In this document: positions 20,620-30,928 of the stretch, piece by piece
Layout: each line of letters begins with the position of its first letter
Position numbering within the stretch: the stretch's first letter is position 1
NCBI GenBank assembly: GCA_037440925.1
Contig: JBBITF010000006.1
Coordinates: 1 to 64,000 of the forward strand
Reading direction: 5' to 3'
From: Chloroflexota bacterium
GTDB lineage: Bacteria > Chloroflexota > Anaerolineae > Anaerolineales > Villigracilaceae
Length of the DNA: 64,000 bases
Position numbers and translations under genes: made by a program
Notes under the pieces: model-generated
What the model saw: only the letters and a program-made list of their open reading frames with translations
Databases searched by the model: none
What the model was told of the DNA's origin: nothing

Positions 20620-21665
20620 AATTGGCATCCAACTTAACCATTCCCCTGAACCCGTACAAGGCCTTGCCCAAGGTGGAATTGCACCGCCACCTGGAAGGGT
20701 CGTTGCGCCTGCAAACCATGCTGGATATTGCCCGCGCGCATGGCGTGACCGTGCCGGCCAGCGTTTTACGCTTGAGCGGTATGGTGCAAGTGCAAGACGA
20801 AGACCCGCTAACGTTTCAGAACTTTCTGGCCAAGTTCAATACCCTGCGGCTGTTCTATCGCTCGCCGGAGGTCATTCATCGTGTGACGCGCGAGGCGGTA
20901 GAAGATGCGGCGCACGACAACATCAAGTACCTGGAATTGCGTTTCACCCCAGTTGCCCTCAGCCGCGCTGAGCGTTTTCCCTTACATGATGTGATGGATT
21001 GGGTTTGTTCCAGTGCGGCTCAAGCGGCGCAGGAGTTTGGGATTACGGTGCGACTGATTGCCTCGGTCAACCGCCATGAGAGCGCCGAACTGGCTGAGCA
21101 GGTGGCCTGGCTGGCGGCCTCCCACATCGAGCGCGGCATCGTAGGGATGGATCTGGCCGGGAACGAGGCCGAATTTTCGGCCAAGCCGTTTGCGCCCATC
21201 CTGGCAGAAGCCAGCCAGGCCGGCTTGAAACTCACCATCCATGCCGGCGAATGGGGCGGCGCGGAGAATGTGCGCGAAGCCATCGAAGTCCTCGGCGCCG
21301 ACCGGATCGGTCATGGCGTGCGCGTGATGGAAGACGAGAACGTGGTGGCGCTGGCGCGCGAGCGCGGCACGATTTTTGAGGTCTGCCCTACCAGCAATTA
21401 TCAAAGCGGCGTTGTCCCTGCGCTAGGCGTCCACCCCTTGCCGCGTATGTTGCAGGCCGGCTTGAATGTGACGGTCAACACCGACGACCCCAGCGTCTCG
21501 CGCATTGACTTGAGTCATGAGTACAAACTCGTTTGCGAAGACCTCGGCTTACCGCTCGACATTCTGCACCGCCTCGTTTTGGCGGCAGCCCAGGCAGCGT
21601 TCTTACCGCCGGCTCAGAAGGAGGCGCTGGTTGCCAGGCTGCAAAAAGAACTATCAAGGCGGTAA
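20616..21665 (+). CDS. add: Adenosine deaminase
   Basis: [13 protein letters not shown] signature plus later metal-ligand His/Asp residues. No in-frame ATG after the secA stop, so a TTG start (20616 or 20622) overlapping the secA TGA is proposed. Confidence 0.7.
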   Translation: MKLASNLTIPLNPYKALPKVELHRHLEGSLRLQTMLDIARAHGVTVPASVLRLSGMVQVQDEDPLTFQNFLAKFNTLRLFYRSPEVIHRVTREAVEDAAHDNIKYLELRFTPVALSRAERFPLHDVMDWVCSSAAQAAQEFGITVRLIASVNRHESAELAEQVAWLAASHIERGIVGMDLAGNEAEFSAKPFAPILAEASQAGLKLTIHAGEWGGAENVREAIEVLGADRIGHGVRVMEDENVVALARERGTIFEVCPTSNYQSGVVPALGVHPLPRMLQAGLNVTVNTDDPSVSRIDLSHEYKLVCEDLGLPLDILHRLVLAAAQAAFLPPAQKEALVARLQKELSRR

Positions 21666-21691
21666 ACATATTCGACCCGAAGGAGACCAGT

Positions 21692-24430
21692 ATGCAAGAT
21701 TTTTTTGGTGCGCGTGATACCTTGAAAACCAGACATGGGACATACGTTTTCTATCGGCTGGATGCGCTCGAAAAGGCCGCTCTGACCACCCTGAAGCGGC
21801 TTCCGTTTTCGATTCGTATCCTGCTCGAAGCGGCTCTGCGCCAATGCAACGAGCGCGAGATCACGCAAGAAGATGTGAAAAATATTGCTGCATGGATGCC
21901 TGCCCCTCCCTCTCCCGCCGGGAAAGGGGAAGGGGTGAGAGTAGGCATTCCCTTCCTGCCCTCGCGGGTGGTGATGCAAGACTTTACCGGCGTGCCGGCG
22001 GTTGTGGATTTGGCTGCCATGCGCGCGGCAGTGGCCCGCCTGGGCGGCGATCCCAAGAAAATCAATCCGCTCGTGCCGGTAGACCTGGTCATTGACCACT
22101 CGGTGCAGGTGGATTTCTTTGCCACCCCCGATGCCCTCCAGCGCAACGCCGAAGTCGAATTTCAGCGCAATCGCGAGCGTTACGAATTTCTTAAGTGGGG
22201 ACAAAAGGCCTTCTCCAACTTCCGGGTTGTCCCGCCGATGACCGGCATCGTTCATCAGGTCAATCTGGAATATCTTGCCAGCGTAGTGGCTGTCCGAGAG
22301 GTGGAAACGCCGCAATCTGGCTCGGAACGGATAGCCTTTCCCGATACGCTGGTCGGTACCGATTCGCATACCACCATGATCAACGGCCTGGGCGTTCTTG
22401 GCTGGGGCGTGGGCGGCATCGAGGCCGAGGCCGTGATGCTCGGCCAGCCCATGGATATGTTGCTGCCAGAGGTGGTGGGCTTCAAACTGTATGGGAAACT
22501 GTCGGAGGGCGTCACTGCGACCGATTTGGTGCTGACCGTTACCCAAATGCTGCGCCAGAAAGGCGTGGTAGGCAAATTCGTCGAATTCTACGGCCCCGGC
22601 CTGGATGGAATGCCGCTGCCCGACCGCGCTACCATTGCCAACATGGCGCCCGAATATGGCGCTACCATAGGCTTTTTCCCCGTAGACAACGAAACTCTGC
22701 GCTATTTGCGTTTGACCGGCCGCCCGGCCGAACAAGTGGAACTGGTGGAAGCCTATTGCCGCGCCCAGGGCTTGTTCCGCGACGCAGATACCCCCGACCC
22801 GCAATTCACCGACACGCTCGAACTAGACCTGGGGGCTGTTGTCCCCTCCCTGGCGGGGCCCAAGCGCCCTCAGGACCGCGTGCCGCTTGCGGCTATGAAA
22901 GAAACCTTCCGGGCGGCGCTCAAAGCCCCGGTCAAAGAACGCGGTTTCGAGTTGAGTCCTGAAGCGTTGCAGCGTCGAGGCAAGATTGGCGTCAACGGCG
23001 GGTCATACTTCATCGGGCATGGGGCCGTCGTGCTTGCCGCCATCACATCTTGTACCAACACCAGCAACCCATCGGTCTTGATTGCAGCCGGGCTGGTGGC
23101 GAAGAAAGCGGTCGAAAAGGGCCTGAGGGTCAAGCCTCACGTCAAGACTTCGCTGGCGCCCGGCTCGCGCGTGGTGACCGAATATCTGAGTCAGGCCGGC
23201 CTGCTGGAGCCGCTGGGGCAATTGGGATTTAATGTAGTGGCGTATGGTTGCACGACCTGTATCGGCAACTCGGGTCCCCTGCCCGGAGAAGTGGCCAAGG
23301 CCGTTTCCAGCGAGGACCTGGTAGCGGCTGCCGTTATTTCGGGCAATCGCAACTTCGAGGGGCGGGTACATCCATTGGTGAAAGCCAACTACCTGGCCTC
23401 GCCGCCGCTGGTGGTGGCCTACGCTTTGGCTGGGACGGTGGATATTGACTTGCTCCATGAGCCGCTTGGAACAGGCGCAGACGGTCAGCCTGTGTACCTG
23501 AAAGACATCTGGCCGACCACGCAAGAAGTGAGCGAGTCGGTGGCTGCCAACGTCAAAGCAGAAATGTTCCGCCAAAAATATGCCGATGTATTCTCTGGCT
23601 CTGAGATGTGGCAAAACGTGGAAGTGAGCGGCGGCGACCTGTACGAGTGGGATGCAGCCTCGACTTACATTCAGCATCCTCCTTTCTTCCAAGATTTGAC
23701 CCTTGAAACGCCCAAAATCAGCGACATTCGGGGCGCGCGCGTCTTGTGCCTGTTTGGAGATTCGATTACCACCGATCACATCTCGCCGGCCGGCTCAATT
23801 GCTCCCGACAGTCCGGCCGGCAAATTCTTGCTGGCTTATGGCGTGCAACAGCGTGACTTCAACTCGTATGGCTCACGACGCGGCAATGACCGTGTGATGG
23901 CGCGCGGCACGTTCGCCAACATCCGCCTGAAGAATCAACTGGTTGCGCCCAAAGAAGGCAATTGGACCAAACACATGCCGTCGGGCGAGGAAATGGCCAT
24001 CTATGATGCGGCTATGAGGTATAAAGAAGAGGGCGTTCCTTGTATCGTCATTGCCGGTAAGGAGTATGGCACCGGCTCCAGCCGCGATTGGGCCGCCAAG
24101 GGCCCTCTACTGCAAGGGGTGAAAGCCGTCATTGCCGAATCGTTCGAGCGCATTCACCGCTCTAACCTGGTCGGCATGGGAATCCTGCCTTTGCAGTTCG
24201 TGGACGGGCAAAACGCCGAATCGCTTGGCTTGCGAGGCGATGAAGTGTACGATATCGAGTGTCTGCACGACGATATGCCGCCGCGTGCGCGGGTCAATGT
24301 GCGTGTACATCGAGCGAACGGTCGCAAAGATATGTTCGAGGCCGAGGCTTTGCTCAATACTGAAGTGGAGGTCAATTATTACCGCAATGGCGGCATTTTA
24401 CATACGGTTTTGAGGCATTTGGTGAAATGA
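21692..24430 (+). CDS. acnA: Aconitate hydratase A
   Basis: AGGAG RBS and ATG 21692. AcnA/IRP-like throughout, with Fe-S cysteines and SGNRNFEGR substrate motif. Small Pro/Gly-rich insertion near residues 70-85. Confidence 0.9.
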   Translation: MQDFFGARDTLKTRHGTYVFYRLDALEKAALTTLKRLPFSIRILLEAALRQCNEREITQEDVKNIAAWMPAPPSPAGKGEGVRVGIPFLPSRVVMQDFTGVPAVVDLAAMRAAVARLGGDPKKINPLVPVDLVIDHSVQVDFFATPDALQRNAEVEFQRNRERYEFLKWGQKAFSNFRVVPPMTGIVHQVNLEYLASVVAVREVETPQSGSERIAFPDTLVGTDSHTTMINGLGVLGWGVGGIEAEAVMLGQPMDMLLPEVVGFKLYGKLSEGVTATDLVLTVTQMLRQKGVVGKFVEFYGPGLDGMPLPDRATIANMAPEYGATIGFFPVDNETLRYLRLTGRPAEQVELVEAYCRAQGLFRDADTPDPQFTDTLELDLGAVVPSLAGPKRPQDRVPLAAMKETFRAALKAPVKERGFELSPEALQRRGKIGVNGGSYFIGHGAVVLAAITSCTNTSNPSVLIAAGLVAKKAVEKGLRVKPHVKTSLAPGSRVVTEYLSQAGLLEPLGQLGFNVVAYGCTTCIGNSGPLPGEVAKAVSSEDLVAAAVISGNRNFEGRVHPLVKANYLASPPLVVAYALAGTVDIDLLHEPLGTGADGQPVYLKDIWPTTQEVSESVAANVKAEMFRQKYADVFSGSEMWQNVEVSGGDLYEWDAASTYIQHPPFFQDLTLETPKISDIRGARVLCLFGDSITTDHISPAGSIAPDSPAGKFLLAYGVQQRDFNSYGSRRGNDRVMARGTFANIRLKNQLVAPKEGNWTKHMPSGEEMAIYDAAMRYKEEGVPCIVIAGKEYGTGSSRDWAAKGPLLQGVKAVIAESFERIHRSNLVGMGILPLQFVDGQNAESLGLRGDEVYDIECLHDDMPPRARVNVRVHRANGRKDMFEAEALLNTEVEVNYYRNGGILHTVLRHLVK

Positions 24431-24470
24431 ACAGAGACCGGCGGTGAGCCGGTCTCTGTTCATTTATTTC
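24430..24470. terminator. Bidirectional intrinsic terminator between convergent acnA and flotillin
   Basis: AACAGAGACCGGC-ggtga-GCCGGTCTCTGTT is a perfect 13-bp stem, followed by CATTTATTTCTT. Confidence 0.7.
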
Positions 24471-26455
24471 TTCGGTTCGGGTTTCTTTTCCATATCTTTG
24501 CGGATTTGCTGGCGCAGCGTCTCGGCTTGCTCCGAGCGAGGCCTCTGGGCGGCCTCGTTTGCCAGCGCGCCGAAGCGGTCGGAAAGCAGCATGGTGAGCA
24601 GAGCTTCCATGATGCTGCTGTTGGCCGTTCCGCCTTCGCCTTCGCCTTTGCCGCCATTGACGACCACGCGCGGCACCACGTCTACGCCGGATTGCTGGAT
24701 GGCCTCTGCAAAGCGGTTAAGCACCTGCTGCGTCACCTGGAATTGCGGTCCGCCATACGCGCGCACCTGCTCTTCCGTTGCCAGCGCCTGGGCGATACCC
24801 ACGCGGGCAATCTTTTCCGCTTCGGCCTCCGCCAGGGCGCGGATCTGGGCTGCTTGCTGGATGGAACGCTGGTACTCGGCTTTGCCCTGGTCGGCCTGGA
24901 TATTGATGTTCAACTCTGCTTCGGTCATTCTCGTTTGCATCTCGGCGCGCGCTTGAGCCTCGCGCAGTTCACGCTCTTTAATTGCCGCTTGTTGTTGCCG
25001 CGCGTAGGTTTCCACCTGTTCGGTGGCAATTTGGCGAGAGCGCAACTGAGTCAAGATGGTTTCGATTTGGCTGTCATCCTCTGGCGAGGAAGGCGTGCCA
25101 ATCAGCACCTCTTCCAATTCCAAATTGTAGTGCGCAAATTTCTCCTTCATCTCGCTACTGGCCTGTTGTTGGATAGCGCTGCGTTCCTGTAAAAGTTGAA
25201 TTAAGGTGCGCGTCTGTCCAATGTTTTTGAAGTAAGCCGATACCATTGGGTCGAGGGTCTGTTCAACCAGGCGTTTGATATCTCCAAAACGCTGGATCAC
25301 AAGCGGGGCTTTCTGATAGTCAATATGAACAACCACTGAGAGCGGCAGTGACGGCTCAAAGGCGTCTTTGGTGATGAGCGAGACCTCGGTCAGGTTTTCA
25401 TCGAAGCGGTGCGCGCCAACCTCAGTCCGAATCCATTTCAAGATGATGTTGGTAGTGGGGACAGGAATCACTTTGCCAGCATAAGTATTGAAAGCATATT
25501 TACCGGGCAGAAGCGGCTCATTCCAAACACCGCGTTGGCCTTTTGAGACCAGTTCGCCGTGCCGGTATTCTGCCCCTGAAAGATCGGCGCCGGTTTCACC
25601 GGTGTATGATACAACCACGCCTACATTGCCGACTTCGATGACGGTCTTGGGTATCATTTCGACTGTGGCAAACAAGCGGTTGATATAGTAAGTGCCTTCT
25701 ACAAGAACCTGCAACTGACGGCCGCGATAGCCGCCTGCTGCCAAAAAGCGGTCAGCATCTTGGAAGTTGTTATGATAGGTGTCGGGCTTTTCAGGGTCAT
25801 CGCCCACGATGGGGGCAATGATCTCGCCCTGCACCAGGGACGGGCCATCATGCACGGTAACGATCCCCACTGTGTCGTCGGTATCCTTGATCACCACCGG
25901 GCGGAAGCCTCCGCGCTGGGCGATCACCTCGGCCATGTTGCGGATGGTCTCGGCTTCTTCCTTGCTGAGCGAGATGGTGTAGATCCGCTCTTCAGTGATG
26001 ACGATGAACTGCACCAGGTTGATGGCGTACGTACCTTCGCGCAGGATGCGGCGCTGCGGGCCGCGCTGTCCGCCGTTTTTCAGGAAGCCTTCTACATCCT
26101 GGAAATCCTGGACCACCGCATTGGACGCCAGCACCTGGGCCGGTTCCAACTGCTTGCCGTCGCGGGCAAAGACGTAGCCGATCTTGCCCTGGGAGATGGT
26201 CACCAGGGGCATGGTGTGGACGACATATTGGATCGGCATCAAGTAATGCAGGCCGCCGCGCAAAATCCGGGGTTGGTAACCGGCCTCGCCGTTCAGGGCG
26301 ATCAGGCCCGATTTCACCGAGCCCCTGCCGCTGAAGCGTTTCTCGACGATGCCGATACGGTTGTTGGGGATAAAGCGTATCCCGGATAGGATGATGAGGA
26401 ACAGGATTCCCAGCAGCATCACCCAAAACAGTGAGGATAACGTTATTGCAAACAT
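24464..26455 (-). CDS. Flotillin-family protein (SPFH/band-7 domain)
   Basis: N-terminal TM helix, SPFH domain, long Glu/Ala/Gln-rich coiled-coil C-terminal half. 663 aa. Confidence 0.8.
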   Translation of the reverse strand: MFAITLSSLFWVMLLGILFLIILSGIRFIPNNRIGIVEKRFSGRGSVKSGLIALNGEAGYQPRILRGGLHYLMPIQYVVHTMPLVTISQGKIGYVFARDGKQLEPAQVLASNAVVQDFQDVEGFLKNGGQRGPQRRILREGTYAINLVQFIVITEERIYTISLSKEEAETIRNMAEVIAQRGGFRPVVIKDTDDTVGIVTVHDGPSLVQGEIIAPIVGDDPEKPDTYHNNFQDADRFLAAGGYRGRQLQVLVEGTYYINRLFATVEMIPKTVIEVGNVGVVVSYTGETGADLSGAEYRHGELVSKGQRGVWNEPLLPGKYAFNTYAGKVIPVPTTNIILKWIRTEVGAHRFDENLTEVSLITKDAFEPSLPLSVVVHIDYQKAPLVIQRFGDIKRLVEQTLDPMVSAYFKNIGQTRTLIQLLQERSAIQQQASSEMKEKFAHYNLELEEVLIGTPSSPEDDSQIETILTQLRSRQIATEQVETYARQQQAAIKERELREAQARAEMQTRMTEAELNINIQADQGKAEYQRSIQQAAQIRALAEAEAEKIARVGIAQALATEEQVRAYGGPQFQVTQQVLNRFAEAIQQSGVDVVPRVVVNGGKGEGEGGTANSSIMEALLTMLLSDRFGALANEAAQRPRSEQAETLRQQIRKDMEKKPEPKK

Positions 26456-26638
26456 TTTTTCTCCTTTGTTCGTTACATGGGCAATACAACTTTATATACG
26501 TAGATTTCAATCCTGTGTTGCGCAATAGGCCCTGGTGTTCGATTGTATCAGCAGGAGGCGAAAAGGGTATAGGGTTGGCTGGCAATTTGTTACCGAGTTG
26601 GTGGGTTCCTGTTAGCCAAAGTCTTTTCCATCCCGCTG

Positions 26639-26854
26639 TTGGGCGCGTACATGCGCAAAATGCGCCAGATCGAGGTGATTCCCGGAAAAGGGGAGCAGGT
26701 CCTCGGTCAGGCAAAAGAGGCGCTGGAGGCGGGCCGCTCGGTGACCATCTTCCCAGAGGGCGCGATCAGCCCGGCAGATGGCTTTGCTCCCGTCCGATCT
26801 GGCGTGGCGCGTTTGGCGCTGGAAAGCAAGACCAGGATGCAAGTATGTGCTTGA
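26639..26854 (+). pseudogene. Remnant of a lysophospholipid (PlsC-type) acyltransferase, C-terminal fragment only
   Basis: 71-aa ORF with acyltransferase block III/IV (VTIFPEGAIS...PVRSGVARLA). No upstream HxxxxD block in any frame. Lies in the 410-bp flotillin/HEAT intergenic gap. Confidence 0.4.
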
Positions 26855-26866
26855 GTTGAGACAGGG

Positions 26867-27439
26867 TTACGTCCCTTGTGAGTTGGCAGGCTCGGCAGCG
26901 GTTAACTGCTCCAGGCATTGTAAGGCAGTTTCCTTTTCGCCCGGCGACAGGATGGCATTCCCATCGAGCAGGGATTGAATGTGCGGTATGGCTGGGAGCA
27001 TTGCCTGCCGGGCGGTCTGCGCAACCCGGCCAATAGCCCACAGCGTCCCGGCGCGGAAGCGCGGCGCGTCCTCTTCCTCGAGGTCCAACAGGGAGATCAG
27101 CATGGGGAAGAATTGGTCGAATTGCGGGCAATGGTATAGAATTTCCCCAATCAGTTCGGGCGCTCGCCAGCCAATACCGCCCGATTCGTCGTTGACCAGC
27201 CAGAACAAACGCAGCAGGGTATTGCGAATGAATTCTGAGTCGCGCTCGGCAATGATTTTGGCGGCCAGGCCTGCGACCTCAATGGCGCGTTGGCTGACGG
27301 TGGCATCTTCATCATAGGTCAGCGCGGTCAATTGGCTTAGAATGTGCTTTTTGTGTTTGGCAAGGCTCAGGATGGCCTGGTATTGGCCTTCTAGCAGCCA
27401 TTGGCGGATGGTAGGCAGGTTCGCGGCGTGAGGTTCCAT
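26867..27439 (-). CDS. HEAT-repeat protein
   Basis: All-alpha repeat protein with PBS-lyase/HEAT-like spacing. ATG at 27439 (MEPHAANL) preferred over GTG at 27454. Confidence 0.5.
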   Translation of the reverse strand: MEPHAANLPTIRQWLLEGQYQAILSLAKHKKHILSQLTALTYDEDATVSQRAIEVAGLAAKIIAERDSEFIRNTLLRLFWLVNDESGGIGWRAPELIGEILYHCPQFDQFFPMLISLLDLEEEDAPRFRAGTLWAIGRVAQTARQAMLPAIPHIQSLLDGNAILSPGEKETALQCLEQLTAAEPANSQGT

Positions 27440-27558
27440 AGGAGGATGTGGCACTTTCGATTATACTTTGTTTGTAATGCGCGGAGCAATTCCTGGCGTT
27501 AGGCGCTTGAGGGATACTGCACCTGCGCTGTACGATTTCTTGATACGCGGAGTACAAC

Positions 27559-27969
27559 ATGACGAAGAAGATTGCTCAAAAAAGTAAGAAAACAACCTCT
27601 ATGGAGCGCCGTTCCCCGGCTCAGAATGTATTGCTTGCCCTTACTTTGGTGCCGTTGGTGATTGGTATCATCTTGGTTGGCGCCTGGGTGTTAGATTTAG
27701 AAGTGTTGGAGGATTCTCAGTCTCAGGTCATTGTCGGCGTCTTCTTTTTTCTTCTGGCTTTCACGGCATCCAATCTCATTCAAAAGCGTTGGCGGCTAGC
27801 GGCCGGGTGGGGGTTGCTGGCAGTGGCTGACCTTGTTACGCTGGGTTGGCTGAATCTGGCTGCTCAAATCGTGGCGCTGATGGCCGGCTTGTGTGGCGTT
27901 GTTTTGCTGGCTTTGGAGTTCTATCGGCAATATAAGTTGAACCAGGCTGGGCAGAAAAAGAGTAGATAA
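27559..27969 (+). CDS. Small hypothetical membrane protein (3-4 TM)
   Basis: 136 aa, basic N-terminus then hydrophobic helices. No family recognised. Confidence 0.45.
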   Translation: MTKKIAQKSKKTTSMERRSPAQNVLLALTLVPLVIGIILVGAWVLDLEVLEDSQSQVIVGVFFFLLAFTASNLIQKRWRLAAGWGLLAVADLVTLGWLNLAAQIVALMAGLCGVVLLALEFYRQYKLNQAGQKKSR

Positions 27970-27974
27970 GGACT

Positions 27975-28014
27975 CCGAAGTCTCAAGACTTCGGGCGAAA
28001 TCGGGAGATTTCGC
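27975..28014 (+). terminator. Two tandem 8-bp-stem hairpins immediately after the stop at 27969
   Basis: CCGAAGTC-tcaa-GACTTCGG (27975-27994) followed by GCGAAATC-ggga-GATTTCGC (27995-28014). No U-tract, so could also be REP-like. Confidence 0.4.
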
Positions 28015-28496
28015 ACTCCAGAAACGTTATCTAAACAGTATTGGGGCTAAGAGGAAATCCAGCCTTTCTACTTTGTGCTATTTTGCACTAAGACTTTTCT
28101 TAAGGGGATTAAGACTTGTCTTAGATTCCTTTCTTTGCAATTTTCTTATAATGAATTTGGAATTGACTGTTTATATAGTCAATTTATTTGCTCTTACTGT
28201 TTACTGTTTTTTACGGTTGAGAGAAAATTTCTTGTAAAGGAGGTGAAAATCGTCAAGGCTCTGCAAAGCCAAAAAAGGGGAAGGGGTGTTGGCAGGCAGG
28301 CTGTAAGAGAATGCGTTCATCTTGAGTTTGTTTGCTCGTTCATAATACCCTATTCGATTGTGAATGCAAGGAGAGAAACAATGAATGTCAAAATTAATGA
28401 GGATTGGCTTGCAACTATCCTGGCCTTCGTGTTGCTGATTCTGGCCTTAGTCAATGTCATCCAGCCCGGCTGGGTTAAATTCTAGGAGGAATCGAG
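28015..28496 (+). promoter_or_regulatory. AT-rich (~38% GC vs ~62% genome) regulatory island upstream of the dsr operon with several palindromes
   Basis: GTGCtattttGCAC (28075-28088). CTAAGAC...TTAAGggggaTTAAGAC..GTCTTAG cluster (28088-28123). ATTGACTgtttatatAGTCAAT (28162-28183). TTACTGTT x2 (28196-28211). TATAAT at 28146-28151. TTGTAA at 28232. Confidence 0.55.
28381..28485 (+). CDS. Possible 34-aa leader/small membrane peptide (MNVKINEDWLATILAFVLLILALVNVIQPGWVKF)
   Basis: GGAGAG RBS 6 nt before ATG 28381. Single hydrophobic helix. Ends 11 nt before the transporter RBS. Confidence 0.25.
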   Translation: MNVKINEDWLATILAFVLLILALVNVIQPGWVKF

Positions 28497-29612
28497 ATGA
28501 CTACTACTGCTGCAAAACAAGAAAAGGCTGCCGGTTCGGGAGTATTGAACTTCCTGGTCGGTCTCGTGATCGTTGTGGTGCTGTCCTTCCTGGCACGCTG
28601 GTTCAAAGATCAGGTCTATGGAATCAAAGACCTTTTCGGCTGGGGCATTCCGGGTAAAGTGTTGGAATTCCCGCTCTGGGCTGCGCTGTTGGGTTTGATT
28701 TTCAATCCCATTCTGAAAGCGCTCAAGATCTATGAGTATGCCAAATCTGGCTTTCGCACCGAATTGTTCCTGAAGATTGGTCTGGTATTGCTCGGCGCAG
28801 GCATCAGTTTTAAGGTGATTGTCACCGCTGCGGCGGGCGCCATCATTCAGGGCATCATCATGGTCACTGCGGTGTACTTCTTCTCGTGGTGGCTAGGCGG
28901 TAAGTTTGGTCTGTCCGATTCCCTGCGCGCAGTTATGTCCACGGCTATTTCGATCTGCGGCGTCTCGGCTGCGATCGCTGCTGCTGGCTCAGTGTTGGCT
29001 AAGAAGGAAGAGATCACTTACGTGACCGCTCTCGTCATCATCACCGCGCTGCCTCTAATGGTGATTGCTCCGTTACTGGCAGGCGCAATGCACATGCCCG
29101 AGCCGGTAGCAGGCGCCTGGTTTGGCGGCAACGTAGATACGACGGCTGCAGTCGTGGGCGCAGGTACGATCTATGGCGAGACGGCTCAAAAGATCGCCAG
29201 TATCGTCAAGCAGACCCAGAATGCCTTGATTGGTGTGGTGGCCTTCCTGCTGGCGCTGTACTTCTCGACCGTGGTTGAAGGCAAGAAGGAAAAGCCCAGC
29301 GCCGCCATTATTTGGCAGCGCTTCCCCAAATTTGTGTTGGGTTTCATCATCACTTCGTTGCTTTTCACCTTTGCCGTGATCCCCGGACCCGGCAAAGACA
29401 CTCCTACGGCTGGCAACACAATTTCTAGCATGAAGGATTGGGCCTTCTGCCTGGCCTTTGTGTGCATGGGCCTGGAACTGTCGGTGAGCGGCCTCAAGAA
29501 GATGGGCTGGCCGCCGGTCATTGTATATCTCATCGTGACCGTGTTCAACACCCTGTTGGCCCTGGTGGTGTCTTGGCTGATCTTCGGCTGGTTATTCCCT
29601 GCAAGCCTGTAA
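28497..29612 (+). CDS. YeiH/UPF0324-family membrane protein (putative sulfate-exporter-family transporter)
   Basis: 371 aa with 10-11 TM helices. Gly-rich helices (FKVIVTAAAGAIIQGIIMVTAVYF, AAIAAAGSV) typical of PF03601. AGGAGG RBS. First gene before dsrA. Confidence 0.6.
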   Translation: MTTTAAKQEKAAGSGVLNFLVGLVIVVVLSFLARWFKDQVYGIKDLFGWGIPGKVLEFPLWAALLGLIFNPILKALKIYEYAKSGFRTELFLKIGLVLLGAGISFKVIVTAAAGAIIQGIIMVTAVYFFSWWLGGKFGLSDSLRAVMSTAISICGVSAAIAAAGSVLAKKEEITYVTALVIITALPLMVIAPLLAGAMHMPEPVAGAWFGGNVDTTAAVVGAGTIYGETAQKIASIVKQTQNALIGVVAFLLALYFSTVVEGKKEKPSAAIIWQRFPKFVLGFIITSLLFTFAVIPGPGKDTPTAGNTISSMKDWAFCLAFVCMGLELSVSGLKKMGWPPVIVYLIVTVFNTLLALVVSWLIFGWLFPASL

Positions 29613-29740
29613 GAGAATCTGCTCTGAGACGTAAAGAACATTTTCTGTGACCGTCTGAAAAGATAGAGGAGGGGAAAGCAAAGAGCATGCTTTCCCCTCT
29701 GCATAAAAACGGACTTCAGCGGTCGCATGGAGGTAAAAAT

Positions 29741-30928
29741 ATGGCTAAGGACTCCAAAACCCCTATGCTGGATCAACTTGAAACAGGGCCCTGGCCGAGT
29801 TTTGTAAAAGAGATTAAGCGCGCTGCTGCCAAAAAAGACACAGCCAAGGATTTGCTGGGGCAGTTGGAGCGTTCTTATCGTGACAAAATCGGTCACTGGA
29901 AACATGGCGGTATCGTTGGCGTGAAGGGCTACGGCGGCGGCGTGATCGGGCGTTATTCCGACCTGCCAGAGGAATTCCCGTCTGTGGCTGAGTTTCACAC
30001 CTTGCGCGTCAATATGCCGGCCGGGTGGTTCTATACTACCGAGAAATTACGCCAATTATGTGATGTGTGGGACAAACATGGCAGCGGCCTGACCAACATG
30101 CACGGCGCCACCGGCGACATCATCCTGCTCGGCGCGCCCTCGGATGCGTTGCAGCCCTGCTTCGACGACTTGAGCGAAATTGACTTCGATTTGGGCGGTT
30201 CCGGCAGCGATATGCGCACGCCTTCCGCTTGTGTGGGACCTGCCCGCTGCGAGTATGCCTGCATCGATACCCTGGATATCCTTCGTGAGGTTACCCTGGA
30301 ATTCCAGGATGAGTTGCACCGCCCGATGTTCCCCTATAAATCCAAGATCAAGATTTCGGGCTGCCCGAACGATTGCGTGGCTTCGGTAGCGCGCTCGGAT
30401 TTCTCGGTCATTGGTACCTGGCGGGACAAAATCCTGATTGACCCTGCCGAGGTTGTCAATTATGCCAACAGCGGTCTGGATATCCAGGACGAAGTGGTCA
30501 ACCTTTGCCCGACGAACTGCATGAAATGGGATGCAGCCGCGAAGAAACTGAGCATCGATGACGCAGAATGCAACCGCTGTATGCACTGCATCAACCTGAT
30601 GCCTAAGGCGCTGCGCCCCGGCAAAGACAAGGGCGCGACCATCCTGGTCGGCGGCAAGGCCCCCATTGTGCATGGCGCGTTGATGTCTTGGGTGGTTGTT
30701 CCTTTCATGAAAATGGAGCCGCCATACGATGAACTGAAAGAATTCATCCGCAAGGCTTGGGAATGGTGGGACGAGAATGGCAAGATGCGCGAGCGCTTGG
30801 GTGAACTGATTCACCGCATGGGCATGCGTTCGTTCTTGAAAGCCATGGGCCTGCCGCCCGTGCCGCAGATGATTCGCACACCGCGTGCAAACCCCTATTA
30901 CTTCTGGGATCCTGAGGAGGTGAAATAA
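29741..30928 (+). CDS. dsrA: Dissimilatory sulfite reductase alpha subunit
   Basis: [27 protein letters not shown]-terminus. Siroheme/[4Fe-4S] cysteine clusters ([18 protein letters not shown]). Ferredoxin-like insert (CPTNCMKW...CNRCMHC). GGAGGT RBS. Confidence 0.9.
   Translation: MAKDSKTPMLDQLETGPWPSFVKEIKRAAAKKDTAKDLLGQLERSYRDKIGHWKHGGIVGVKGYGGGVIGRYSDLPEEFPSVAEFHTLRVNMPAGWFYTTEKLRQLCDVWDKHGSGLTNMHGATGDIILLGAPSDALQPCFDDLSEIDFDLGGSGSDMRTPSACVGPARCEYACIDTLDILREVTLEFQDELHRPMFPYKSKIKISGCPNDCVASVARSDFSVIGTWRDKILIDPAEVVNYANSGLDIQDEVVNLCPTNCMKWDAAAKKLSIDDAECNRCMHCINLMPKALRPGKDKGATILVGGKAPIVHGALMSWVVVPFMKMEPPYDELKEFIRKAWEWWDENGKMRERLGELIHRMGMRSFLKAMGLPPVPQMIRTPRANPYYFWDPEEVK

Noticed and set aside
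21890-21960. Pro/Gly-rich insertion ([15 protein letters not shown]) in aconitase
   Set aside because: A short lineage-specific loop insertion in an otherwise canonical AcnA, not an independent feature. The DNA contains CCCGCCGGGAAAGGGGAAGGGG, but it is in frame and translated.
28075-28485. 136-aa ORF spanning the AT-rich island
   Set aside because: Most of it crosses palindromic, AT-rich promoter DNA and has no RBS at its 5' end. Only the last 34 codons (28381-28485), which have their own RBS, were kept as a low-confidence small ORF.
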